DNA from: Hormiphora californensis
Taxonomy: Eukaryota; Animalia; Ctenophora
Length of the DNA: 64,000 bases
Assembly: GCA_020137815.1 (NCBI GenBank)
Contig: CM035361.1
Location: 558,001 to 622,000 of the forward strand
Reading direction: 5' to 3'
In this document: piece after piece, positions 1 through 37,146 of the stretch
Numbering within the stretch: position 1 is the stretch's first letter
Layout of the letters: every line of letters begins with the position of its first letter
Made by a program: the position numbers and the translations under genes
The notes under the pieces: generated by a model
The model's input: only the letters and a program-made list of their open reading frames with translations
What the model was told of the DNA's origin: nothing
Databases searched by the model: none

Positions 1-141
1 CATGGGGGAGAGGGATCGTAGAATTGTAATCATTGAACTTTAGAAGAGATTGCAAGTTATCATTTGTTTTGTTCAAACTCTTTTTAGAGGGTCGAACAAG
101 GCAAGTTATCATCACCAAACAGAGAGATCTGAATAACTTAC

Positions 142-11050
<10,909 letters not shown>

Positions 11051-11456
11051 CCTTGATAGATGATTCACAACGAAGCTGGGAAGGGAAAACTATGAATTGA
11101 GAAGTCTGGAGGGTTCTCTGATAGCTCTTCCACATGGGATGGTGGGGCCGGGACAACGACTGAGTATTAGAGAGGTGATGGTCAAACCGGGACATGTCTT
11201 TAGTATTGTCCCACCACCACCGGCTGAAAACTCAGACTGGATCATAGATGCTATATTTGGAGGTTAGAATGGTTAGTTTTGGATATAATTGGTCATTCAA
11301 AGTTAATATCTCTCTACCAATCTCGTTTGTATTCTCTCTTTTCCGTACTTTCATATTCTAACTATTCTATCGATTCGCTGTCATGGTTGAGTAATTGGAT
11401 TTTTCATGTTAGGTGTGGTAAAATCTACAAACCCGCCGTCACAGGGAGATAGAGGG

Positions 11457-11547
<91 letters not shown>

Positions 11548-11692
11548 TAGAGGAAGACAGAGAGAGGAAGACCGTAGAAAGTATAGCTCGTCAGTGGCAC
11601 GATGGGACTGGGGCCCGTAATTCCATGTGAAAGGAAGGGGTAGTTTAGCACACTCTCTGTCCACCCCCCGCCCTCTCTCTCCCCCTTTCTAG

Positions 11693-11862
11693 TAAATCAG
11701 ACCATCTCGTCTCCAGAGTCCAGTTTACTAAAACTAAAGAGCTCAGAAGGGGAGGGGATAATGACTTGAAGTAGAAATTCTACTTCAAGTCATTGTCGCC
11801 TTCCCCCCCTGAGCTCTTTAGTTTTAGTGAACTGGACTCTGGAGACGAGATGGTCTGATTTA
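11693..11862. mobile_element. Palindromic MITE, TA-flanked
   Basis: TAAATCAGACCATCTCGTCTCCAGAG...CTCTGGAGACGAGATGGTCTGATTTA, near-perfect hairpin. Confidence 0.7.
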
Positions 11863-12454
11863 AAAGATGGTTAAACTGAGAGGGAGGGGAGCTAACTGCT
11901 GGGAGGACAGTGTTTGATGTTGTGCGACGTGGAGGAATTGATCGGGATTAGAGTGACAGATTTAGGATAAAACATTCCAGATCTTTACCCAATATCTCCG
12001 TTTTCTAATCCTATCTCTTCGATGAGGGTGGGTGAGAGAGACCCACCTGCCCCTCATAAACAGTTCAATTCTGGATAATGTAAAACAAGTGGTTAAAAAT
12101 GTGAGAAATTGTTTAAAAACAGGACTCGAAATAACAAAGTGATATAGTGCTGTGGCAAACACCAGGCCCGGAGAACTCACTCACACTTATAAATTTAGTA
12201 GCGCTAAAAATAAATAGATCTGGTCAATAGAAAACCAGCATGCTCTGACAGTATCACAATTTCTGATCTGCCCCAGTCTCTTCTTGTCTTATTGAGTTAC
12301 AGAACATCCTGTATCCTAAATGAGGGGTGGGGTGCAGAGCATCCTTCTCAGTTCAGCCTAACACTCCTGATTCTCTTCATCACCTCTCCCTCCTCCCAAA
12401 CATCTCCAAACTCCTCAGACAGAACTTTGATAACCCCCACAACATCTCGTACCA

Positions 12455-18925
<6,471 letters not shown>

Positions 18926-19689
18926 TAACTAGGGAGAAATAATATATTTGACTTTTCAATACTACTTTTCAAATTTAGATTTAGTATCACACCTTTAGAT
19001 TTAAAAAAACGATTTGGCAGTACACAAGGTCAACTTGGGTTGTGTTGGGTCGGGTGTTGCAGGTTGCTTGATAATGACATTTAACTAGATTACTAGACCC
19101 TGGTGAATACAATACACTATACAGTACCCCTACTAAAACCCAACAAGAAAACTACACACATTTCATCTGGAACACAAGTACAGCTTCTTTGTCACTAAAT
19201 AACTAAGCAGTGTGAAATAAATAAAACGAGTGACGCGAAAGATCGTATTACATACTGAACAAAGGCAAAAAAACCACAGACAATACAATTAAACCGACGA
19301 GACCGTATAAGAGTGAGAGAAAGAGCGAGAGAGGGAGAGAGAGAGAGATAGAGAGAGGGAGAGAGAAAGAGAGAAAGAGAGCGAGAGAGGGAGAGAGAGA
19401 GAGAGATAGAGAGAGGGAGAGAGAAAGAGAGAAAGAGAGCGAGAGAGGGAGGAAGAAAAAAGAGAGCCCTCATCTTTTGGCCCCTTTTCTCCACTTTTAT
19501 CTCAAAACGACACATTCTATTTCTTGAAGTTCAAGATTACAAATAGACGGGGTAATCCAATCGCTCTCTTTTGGTGATTGGTCCCTCTCTTACACTCACA
19601 CAACCCAGTATCCCAGGTTCCTAAGACGTCTTTAACAAACAAAAAAACAAACACTCGCACAGCCACACTCAATTAGTTTGTATATTTTC

Positions 19690-20790
19690 GGTCTTGTTGA
19701 TGCCAGATCCGGATGTCCGCGACCTAGATGTTCAGATGTCTGCGGACGGTTCATGGTTGAAACATATATCTAACTATACTACAGCTATTGTTACTATTGT
19801 AAGGACGGCTTCCCTTTGTGTGGTTGGATATTCAGTGTGTTTAGAGACGGTACACCAGACGTTATGTTGCAACTCTTTAATTCTTTGATCAGGCCTATAC
19901 TAGTCGAGTATTGTTGCCTAGTCTGGAACCCTTCCAAGGCCAGTGATATCAAGGCTATTGAGAATGTACAGAGATGTTTCACCAGACGTCTTGACGGTAT
20001 GCAGGGTCATGACTATTGGGATAGGCTGAAATTGCTCAATCTTATGTCCCTTCAGCGTCGGAGGCAGCGCTACATGCTGATCCATGTGTGAAAGACGATT
20101 CAGGGTTTTGTACCGAATTCTGCCCACCTAGTAATTCAACAGCACGCTAGATTGGGTACGCGGATAGTCCCTCCACCTTACCCCTACAGAGCAGAACCAA
20201 ACGAGCTAATCAATTTCATTGCTCATTCGGTCCTCATTTATGGAACACTACCAGCTGCTGTCAATTCTTGTGTGAGCTTAAATCAGTTCAAATCATCATT
20301 GGGCAACTACTTGACAGTATTTCACGATCGTCCTCCAGTCAGAGGGCACCCGCCACTTCCAAATGACCTTTCGCCTCAATGTGCTGTGCTGTGCTGATGA
20401 GTGTGAGTGTGGGGAAAGTTGAACTCGACATTCATACATAATTCCTTCAGTGATGTCGTCTTCTGGCAAGATCCCTTTCTTCTTTATACTTTTTTGTCCA
20501 CAGACCCCTGGACACCCACGCATGCAGGACGGAGCCCAGCGTGTACCTGTGCCCCAGGGGCGGTAGCCACGGTCAGGGAGAGTTGAGCTGAAACCCGCCA
20601 CAAGCAGGGTCCAGGGGCGTAGGCCTGGCGGTGTGTAGAAGGGCAGAACTCCCGCGATTATGGCTCAGGGGCTGCTTACATCTAAAAAACAGTTGGCAAA
20701 CGTTGCTGGCCCCTGATAGCGCGGGATAAGGCAGCGATTTCAAAAAAAAGCACAACAGATTTTTCAAGACTTTTTGTTTTTTAGTTTTAA
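19690..20790 (+). mobile_element. 5'-truncated, degenerate CR1-group LINE (RT C-terminus and 3' UTR)
   Basis: LFNSLIRPILVEYCCLVWNP..DIKAIENVQRCFTRRLDGMQGHDYWDRLKLLNLMSLQRRR, with stops and frameshifts. Confidence 0.85.
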
Positions 20791-23295
20791 ATTAGTGGAA
20801 GCTCTTACGGTATTCCCACGACCGTGGGAAAAGAGAGATAGATAGAAATACTAAGAGAGAGAAATTTATCTCTCTTAGTATTTCTATCTATCTCTCTTTT
20901 CCCACGACCGTGGGAATACCGTATACTCCATTTTTTTTCAACTGTTCACCCCCCAAAGTCGTGCGCGGAATTGTTTTGCGCGTCTATCACATGTTAACGT
21001 GTAGCGCGCGCAGCGTAAATTAAAATATCGCACGCGCACGAGTTGGAGGGTGAACAGTTGAATAAAAATTGGCATACGTTGCAGGCCCCTTATAATATAA
21101 TATAAGGGGCCTGGAGGGAATACCGCGCTAGGGGGGAATACATAATCAATCATATCTCCGGTTCCAGATAAGGTACAGACATCGTTTTGGTAGCGTTGGA
21201 AAGAGGAAGATAACAGCTTTCAAATGCAACCGGTTTCAGGTCTCTATCTTATCAGGAACAGGAGATATGAACCAAACTCCGCAAAATCGAGTGCGGTAAA
21301 ATCAAAATTTGAATGAAATTTTTAAAAAGGTGTCCCTGCAAGAATCTGTGACGTCACTTTTTGAAAACAACCCATCTTTCAACGGCTATTGCTCAGCCTC
21401 CTTAAGTCCAATTAACTTCTCTCAAAAACAGCAAGGTAGATAATCGTCAGATCTAACAACTGGTGAAAGAATCAAGTCAAACGGACTTCAGGAGCCAAAG
21501 TTATAAGCACCGCCGTTTTTTCGACCGCAAAGTTATCTTCGACCCAGCCGGGATCAGGCCAAACGCGCGCGCGGCATTCCCTCCAGTCCCCTCGTTTACG
21601 GTGGCAGATTCCGGCCAAGTGTTTTTTCAATCAAGTGAAATATTTTTGTTTGAAGTTTTATAAAAATTTTATTTCAAAATAAAAATAATCATGTCGTTAA
21701 AATTATTGGCCGGAATCTGCCACGCGGGTGGCAGATTCCGGCCAAGATTCTCAAAAAACCTTGGCCAGAATCTGCCACACACGTGGCAGATTCTGGCCAA
21801 CCAACTAAAACTTGTTTATATCAAAGCGAAAACCACTGTACCCGACTAATTTTGATACGCTGAATCACGTAAGATACTTTTCCAATCCCTCAGAGGTCGG
21901 GAAAGTGTCATAATTGACCATAATTGGGTCTAATTGACCCCACTTACAACTTTTCACCTTAAAACGATAGACGCTTATGTGAAGGCACTTTTCCGACTAA
22001 TTTTGATACGCTGAATCACGTAAGCAACTTTTCCAAGTCCTCAGAGATCGGCAAAGTGCCCTAATTGAGCAATTAAGGCTAATTAGACCCAATTATACCC
22101 AATTAAGGCATTTTCCCGACCTCGGAGGACTTGGAAAAGTTGCTTACGTGATTCAGCGTATCAAAATTAGTCGGAAAAGTGCCTTCACATAAGCGTCTAT
22201 CGTTTTAAGGTAAAAAGTTGTAAGTGGGATCAATTAGACCCAATTATGGTCAATTATGACACTTTTCCGACCTCTGAGGGATTGGAAAAGTATCTTACGT
22301 GATTCAGCGTATCAAAATTAGTCGGGTACAGTGGTTTTCGCTTTGATATAAACAAGTTTTAGTTGGTTGGCCAGAATCTGCCACGTGTGTGGCAGATTCT
22401 GGCCAAGGTTTTTTGAGAATCTTGGCCGGAATCTGCCACCCGCGTGGCCAGATTCCGGCCAATAATTTAACGACATGATTATTTTATTGAAAATTTTTCA
22501 TTGAAAAAAAAATTGCCAGAGCAGAACCAAACGAGCTAATCAATTTCATTGCTCATTCGGTCCTCATTTATGGAACACTACCAGCTGCTGTCAATTCTTG
22601 TGTGAGCTTAAATCAGTTCAAATCATCATTGGGCAACTAATTGACAGTATTTCACGATCGTCCTCCAGTCAGAGGGCACCCGCCACTTCCAAATGACCTT
22701 TCGCCTCAATGTGCTGTGCTGTGCTGATGAGTGTGAGTGTGGGGAAAGTTGAACTCGACATTCATACATAATTCCTTCAGTGATGTCGTCTTCTGGCAAG
22801 ATCCCTTTCTTCTTTATACTTTTTTGTCCACAGACCCCTGGACACCCACGCATGCAGGACGGAGCCCAGCGTGTACCTGTGCCCCAGGGGCGGTAGCCAC
22901 GGTCAGGGAGAGTTGAGCTGAAACCCGCCACAAGCAGGGTCCAGGGGCGTAGGCCTGGCGGTGTGTAGAAGGGCAGAACTCCCGCGATTATGGCTCAGGG
23001 GCTGCTTACATCTAAAAAACAGTTGGCAAACGTTGCTGGCCCCTGATAGCGCGGGATAAGGCAGCGATTTCAAAAAAAAGCACAACAGATTTTTCAAGAC
23101 TTTTTGTTTTTTAGTTTTAAATTAGTGGAAGCTCTTACGGTATTCCCACGACCGTGGGAATACCGTATACTCCATTTTTTTTCAACTGTTCACCCCCCAA
23201 AGTCGTGCGCGGAATTGTTTTGCGCGTTTATCACATGTTAACGTGTAGCGCGCGCAGCGTAAATTTAAATTTCGCACGCGCACGAGTTGAGGGGT
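20187..23295 (+). repeat. Local direct duplication (about 20187-21050 and 22517-23295), near-identical except for a palindromic insert in copy 1
   Basis: Duplicated ORFs 20296/22626 (one substitution) and 20573/22903 (identical); direct sequence comparison. Confidence 0.92.
21670..22495. mobile_element. Large foldback palindrome (arms about 400 bp, centre about 22085) with internal hairpins and subrepeats
   Basis: Arms are reverse complements with a few mismatches; GGCCRGAATCTGCCAC hairpins. Confidence 0.8.
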
Positions 23296-23449
23296 AAAGT
23301 CGGATTTTTTGAAGTTGTCACCCCCCTTCTCGTGCGCGGAATGTTTTTGCGCGTCACATCACATGTTAACGTGTGGTGTGCGCGTGAAAATTGATAAATT
23401 TCACATGCGCGGTCATTTTGGGGTGACAACTTCAAAAAATCCGACTTTA
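23295..23449. mobile_element. About 155-bp TA-flanked MITE (TIR AAGTCGGATTTTTTGAAGTTGTCACCCC); other copies at 25181-25340 and 46780-46933
   Basis: TIRs, TA flanks, three copies. Confidence 0.85.
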
Positions 23450-24272
23450 TGGCGGTGCATGAGTGCACGATGAAATTTTCAACAAAAACATGAAAAAAAG
23501 AAAAAAAATGAAAAAGAAAAAAAGAAAATTTTAAAAAAATGAAAAAACGATTTTTGAAAATTTTGTGTGCACTCATGCGCCGCGTGAACGGCTCAAAAGT
23601 GCACGGTAAAAAAATTGTTCCATTTTTTTGACAAATGTTAATTTGCCTCAAATGTTGTTTTTAGACGTCGTCCCACCGTCCGCCAAGCTTGCCAAGTCGT
23701 CTAGACCGAGGCTGTACCTGACTAAACGTGTTTTACCCCAGATGGGCTTGAGACGGATTCAGATGGGCTTGAGACGGGCTAAAACAGGCTCAAACAGGCT
23801 CGAAACGGGCTTGAAAGAGGCTTGAGACGGGTTGAAATAGGCTAAAGACTTGCGTTTTACGAGTAGCCCGTCTCAAGCCCATCTCAAGCCTGTTTCGAGC
23901 CCATTTCGAGCCCATTTCAAGCCCATTTCAAGCCGTCTCAAGCCCATTTGACTCCATCTCAAGCCCATCTGGGGTAAAACACGTCCAGACGGGTACAGCC
24001 TCAGTCTAGACGACGTGGCAAGCTTGGCGGACGGTGGGACGACGTCTAAGAACAACATTTGAGGCAAATGAACATTTGTCAAAAAAATGGAACAATTTTT
24101 TTACCGTGCACTTTTGAGCCGTTCACGCGGCGCATGAGTGCACACAAAATTTTCAAAAATCGTTTTTTTCATTTTTTAAAATTTTTTTAAAAATTTTCTT
24201 TTTTTCATTTTCATTTTTTTCTTTTTTTTCATGTTTTTGTTGAAAATTTCATCATGCACTCATGCACCGCCA
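23450..24272. mobile_element. Foldback element with arms of about 400 bp (TGGCGGTGCATGAGTGCA...TGCACTCATGCACCGCCA), TA-flanked
   Basis: Mirror ORFs 23628(+) and 23873(-); internal GGGCTTGAGAC 11-mers. Confidence 0.85.
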
Positions 24273-24596
24273 TACATGTCATCATGTTCTAATTAGCTGA
24301 TCCGGTCTCCCATAGTTTTATTTGTACCACCGTTTCACCGTTTTAAAATCGAAAACATGCAGTATTTTGTGGCGTGAAAAGCAATAAATATTAAATTGGG
24401 AACAAAAAAACGTGATAAAAATATCAGCAAATAATACAGTTTAGTTACAGAACCCCGATTTACTGCAGAACCTCAATTTACCAAATATAAATCAGTTTCA
24501 CCCCATATATGATATTTATTACCGAGCACTGAGCAGCCCAGTAAATCAGGGTCCGACTGTTTATGCTATGTGTACTGATACTATGTAATTACTTAA

Positions 24597-24903
24597 AGAT
24601 TGACAAGATACCTAAAACTTGTCTCCTATTTTATTTTTTCGATTTATCAGGAGTTTTAAGCATCTTTTTCGGATTTTTTGTAGAAAAATATTCAAAACAG
24701 GGCGCTTTCCAGCCACAGGGCTAGATTTCAGCCGCCCTATACTTTTTCAGCAGCCAAATGTTTAAACAAGTGCGGTGCGGCGCTGGAAAGCGCCCTGTAT
24801 TGAATATTTTTCTACACGACAAAATAAATCTGAAAAATGCTTAAAACTCCTGATAAATCGAAAAAATAAGAAAGAAGAAAAGTTCTAGGTATCTTGTCAA
24901 CCT
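24597..24903. mobile_element. Palindromic MITE with TTAA flanks and AG..CT ends (Kolobok-like)
   Basis: TTAA|AGATTGACAAGATACC...GGTATCTTGTCAACCT|TTAA. Confidence 0.65.
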
Positions 24904-26098
24904 TTAAAGCCCAATATTTGAACCCCCAAATCAATACATGTTGTACATAAAACAGTCGGATCCCGATTTACTGTGCAACCCCCTAAAGGCTAAAACCAAT
25001 TACCCGGGCAACACTCTTCCCTGAGCATCCCGGTAAATCTTGTTGAGTAAGGGGTCAGCAAGCTAAATCGGGGTCCAACTGTATCCAACTGTTGAATCAG
25101 ACATCATACAAATACTGCTGAACACTATATATAACTGCTAATATATTACGAAACCTTTATGGATTATTCTCAATATATGATAAAGTCGGATTTTTTGAAG
25201 TTGTCACCCCCAAATGACCGCGCATGTATGTGAAATTTATCAATTTCATTTTGACGCACACACCACACGTTAACATGTGATGTGACGCGCAAAAACATTC
25301 CGCACACGAGAAGGTGACAACTTCAAAAAATCCTACTTTACTCCTCATTAGTACATTCGGACCCCGATTTACCGGGATCCTCGGGGGAAACCATTTTGCC
25401 AGGTAGATCGGGGTCCGACTGCAGTACTTTAACACACAACTAACGCACACAAAAACTCGCATAAATTAATACAGTCTACTACAACATTAAACTAATAAAC
25501 ATAATCAGCCCAAAACTCATGAAAGATATTTGTAGCATAAATTCTAATATTTACCGAAATCAATCCGATTCTAAACACACTAAATTTCAGTTCCTTCATT
25601 TTACGTGTTTCTCCAAAAAATTCTTCAAGTTCAATATTATTGTCCGAAATCCTAATATTATTTTCATCGTCCCAATAACATTCAGGACATCATCCTGTTA
25701 TTCAATACTGTCAATAATTTATTGACGCGTTCACCCCTATCCAATACCAGGTATCACTGTCTCTTGTTTACATTTGTAAAGAAATTAGAGGGTCAAGTCT
25801 CTCCTTGTTCTAACCCTCCTTTACAAATTTGTAAAGAAAGAGGGTCATGTCCAGGAACCGACCGAACCAAGTAAACAACCAATCAGAACTCGTTAGTTAG
25901 GTCACGTGACTGATTATCAGCCAATCAGGGACCTTGGGTATGATATCCCCTCTTTCTTCTATCGTCCTGTGCTGTCTCTCTCTCATGTTGTCTCGCGCGC
26001 TCTCTCCTACCCCCTTCCCAAGAAGAGAGGCGACACCGTACCCAATCAGGGACCAGTATTTCCTGATTCGGTCGGTTCCTGGTCAATTCTCTCCGACA

Positions 26099-34594
<8,496 letters not shown>

Positions 34595-34749
34595 CTGAAA
34601 TAGTGAGAATAATCAAAATTATTTATTATTATTTGGGTAGATGAGCTAAAAGGAGTGTCAGTATTCACTTTATTTTACACATTGGTTAGGCAAGGTGTGG
34701 AAGTCACACACAAACACCTGGTGTGGTGAATGGTGAGAAAAATACTGAA

Positions 34750-34784
34750 AGAGGGAGAGGGGAGGGGGGGGGGGGAAAAAAAAA

Positions 34785-34826
<42 letters not shown>

Positions 34827-35580
34827 TTTTGGCCCGGGGGGGGTGGGGGTCCCCCTGTTTCTGTTTCTTAGACTATGGGGTTCCCCCCCGCCAATTTGGT
34901 CAAACTGGGGGGGAAGGGGGGGGGGTGCCAAAAAATTGGCCCCTTTTTTTCCCCTTTTTGTTTTCACATAGATGTTCTCAAGAGAAAAGGGCGTGCCCAA
35001 ACTTACCTAACTGACAATACTCAAACCAAAAAAAAATTAAACAATTAAAAAAATTACCTCAAAACTATTATTTAAAACCGCGATACTGGTCCTGATTGGC
35101 TGTAACCCAGCCCTTTTGCCTAAATTCGAGTTCTATTGGTTTTGGTCGGTTCCTGTATTATTACCCTAAAGTGTTCTAGTATTTTCAGTGGAGATTATAG
35201 CAAAAATGTAGAGTAAAAGGGAGAGTGCGGTCCTGGGTGTTTTAAACCATAAACAGCTTATTATAAGCATTAGAAAACTAATCAATTAAGAAAGTAATAA
35301 TTTAGAAACTGTTCGAGTAAAAAACAAATTATTTGTAGTTATGGCAGGGAGAAAGGGAAATTTTCATTTTACCAAAATTTTAAAAAAAAACAAAAAGAAA
35401 CAAAAATTTTTTTGGAAAAAACTATTTTTTCAAATACTCAATAATTTAAAAATTCTCCATCAAGAAGTAAATTTTCGGGGGGAGGGGTAATTTACCAAAT
35501 GGAAAAAAAATTTTTTTGGGGAAAAGGGGAAAAAAGAAGAAAAGGGGGAAATTTAAAAGGAAAAAAGAAAAGGAAAAAGG

Positions 35581-35617
<37 letters not shown>

Positions 35618-35720
35618 AAGAAAAAAAAGGGGGGGGGGGGGTTTTTTTTTTTCCCCCCCCTTTTTTTTTTTTTTGGGGGCCCCCCCCCCCTTTCCCCCCC
35701 CCGGGGGGGGGGGGGGGGGG

Positions 35721-35774
<54 letters not shown>

Positions 35775-36007
35775 AAACCCCCTTTTCTTTTCTTTAAAAC
35801 CCCTTTTTCCCCCTTCCCCTTTTTTTCCCCCCCCCCCCCCCTTTCCCCCCCCCCCCTTTTTCCCCCCCTCAAACCCCCACTTTTCCTTTTTAAATTTTTT
35901 TCCTTTTTTTTTGGGGGGTTTTTTTTTTCTAAAAAATTTTTGGGGGGAAGTTTTTTATAAATTTTTTGAAATGGGGGGGAATTTTTTTTTTATTTTTTTG
36001 GGGGAAG

Positions 36008-36046
<39 letters not shown>

Positions 36047-36350
36047 TCTTTCTTCTACTCTTCTCTCTCTCGTTCGGTCTCTTCTAGCTGTCGCTCTCTG
36101 TCTAGTCTTCCTCGCTACGCATACTCGGGTACTTCGTGCTCTCTCTCGTACTCTCCATGCGTTTCGCTCTTGCTCGGGGCGGGTGGCTTGCGTGGCGCTG
36201 TCTCGGTCTCTGGTCTTCTCGTGGGTCTCTCTGTCTCGTTCTCTTCTGCGTCTTGGGTCGTCATGGCTGGCGTTCTCGTCTTCTCTCTTCTCGGCGCTCC
36301 TACTCTTTGCTTTGCCTAGTGCTCGATAGAGCTATAGATGCTACATCTGT
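34750..36350. other. Low-quality or garbled sequence (homopolymer mosaics), probable assembly or read artefact
   Basis: Alternating long G/C/A/T runs and an A-depleted stretch; contains a corrupted MITE copy. Confidence 0.8.
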
Positions 36351-37004
36351 AGATCTTGTGATAAACTGATAGCTAACAACAGAAATTGGCCAACAGCTGG
36401 TAGACTTCACACAGTTTCATAACCCCCCCCCCCCCCCCCACTGATGGTGCCACAACTACAAACACTCAACTAATATATCCTTGCTATATTATGTCTATTT
36501 CCTTCCTATATTCAGACAATATAATATCCTTCTCTAAACAACTTTAATCTGCTAGGAAATGGAATCTGTAGAAACAGAAAACAGTAAGTGAAGTATTGTT
36601 ACTAACATGCAACATTGAAAACAGTAGGTGAAGTATTGTTATATATAACAATACTTCACCTTGTATATATACAAGTGAAGTATTATTACTAACAAGCAAC
36701 ATTGAAAACAGTAGGTGACATGTTGTTAGTACACAACAGTGTGTTTTCGACAGGATAAAGGAAACCAAATGCCTCTCAATTTCATCCTACTACGTAACGG
36801 ATGTGCTAATAAGATCATGTTGCTACCTGCAGGGGACAACTCGAATGTCGGGAGACTAACTTAGTCCACTACAGCTATAATATAACAATATAACGGTAGC
36901 AGACTAATTTAGTCCCCTAGTCACCCGACTTTCGAGTTACAATGAACAACGAAGCACAATGACTGCCAAAGCAGCAGTTCAGTGGGCTACATTGATCAAT
37001 TACA

Positions 37005-37130
37005 ATATCTACTCCACATATTACAAGATACTCCACAAATTACAAGATACTCCACAAATTACAAGATACTCCACAAATTACAAGATACTCCACAAATTAC
37101 AAGATACTCCACAAATACTCCACAGATACT
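37005..37130. repeat. 19-bp tandem repeat TACAAGATACTCCACAAAT
   Basis: Read directly, about 6 copies. Confidence 0.9.
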
Positions 37131-37146
37131 CCAGAATTTTTTTCAG

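Noticed and set aside
34704-35960. Poly-Gly/Pro/Lys/Phe ORFs and G-quadruplex-like runs
   Set aside because: Homopolymer mosaic typical of failed reads
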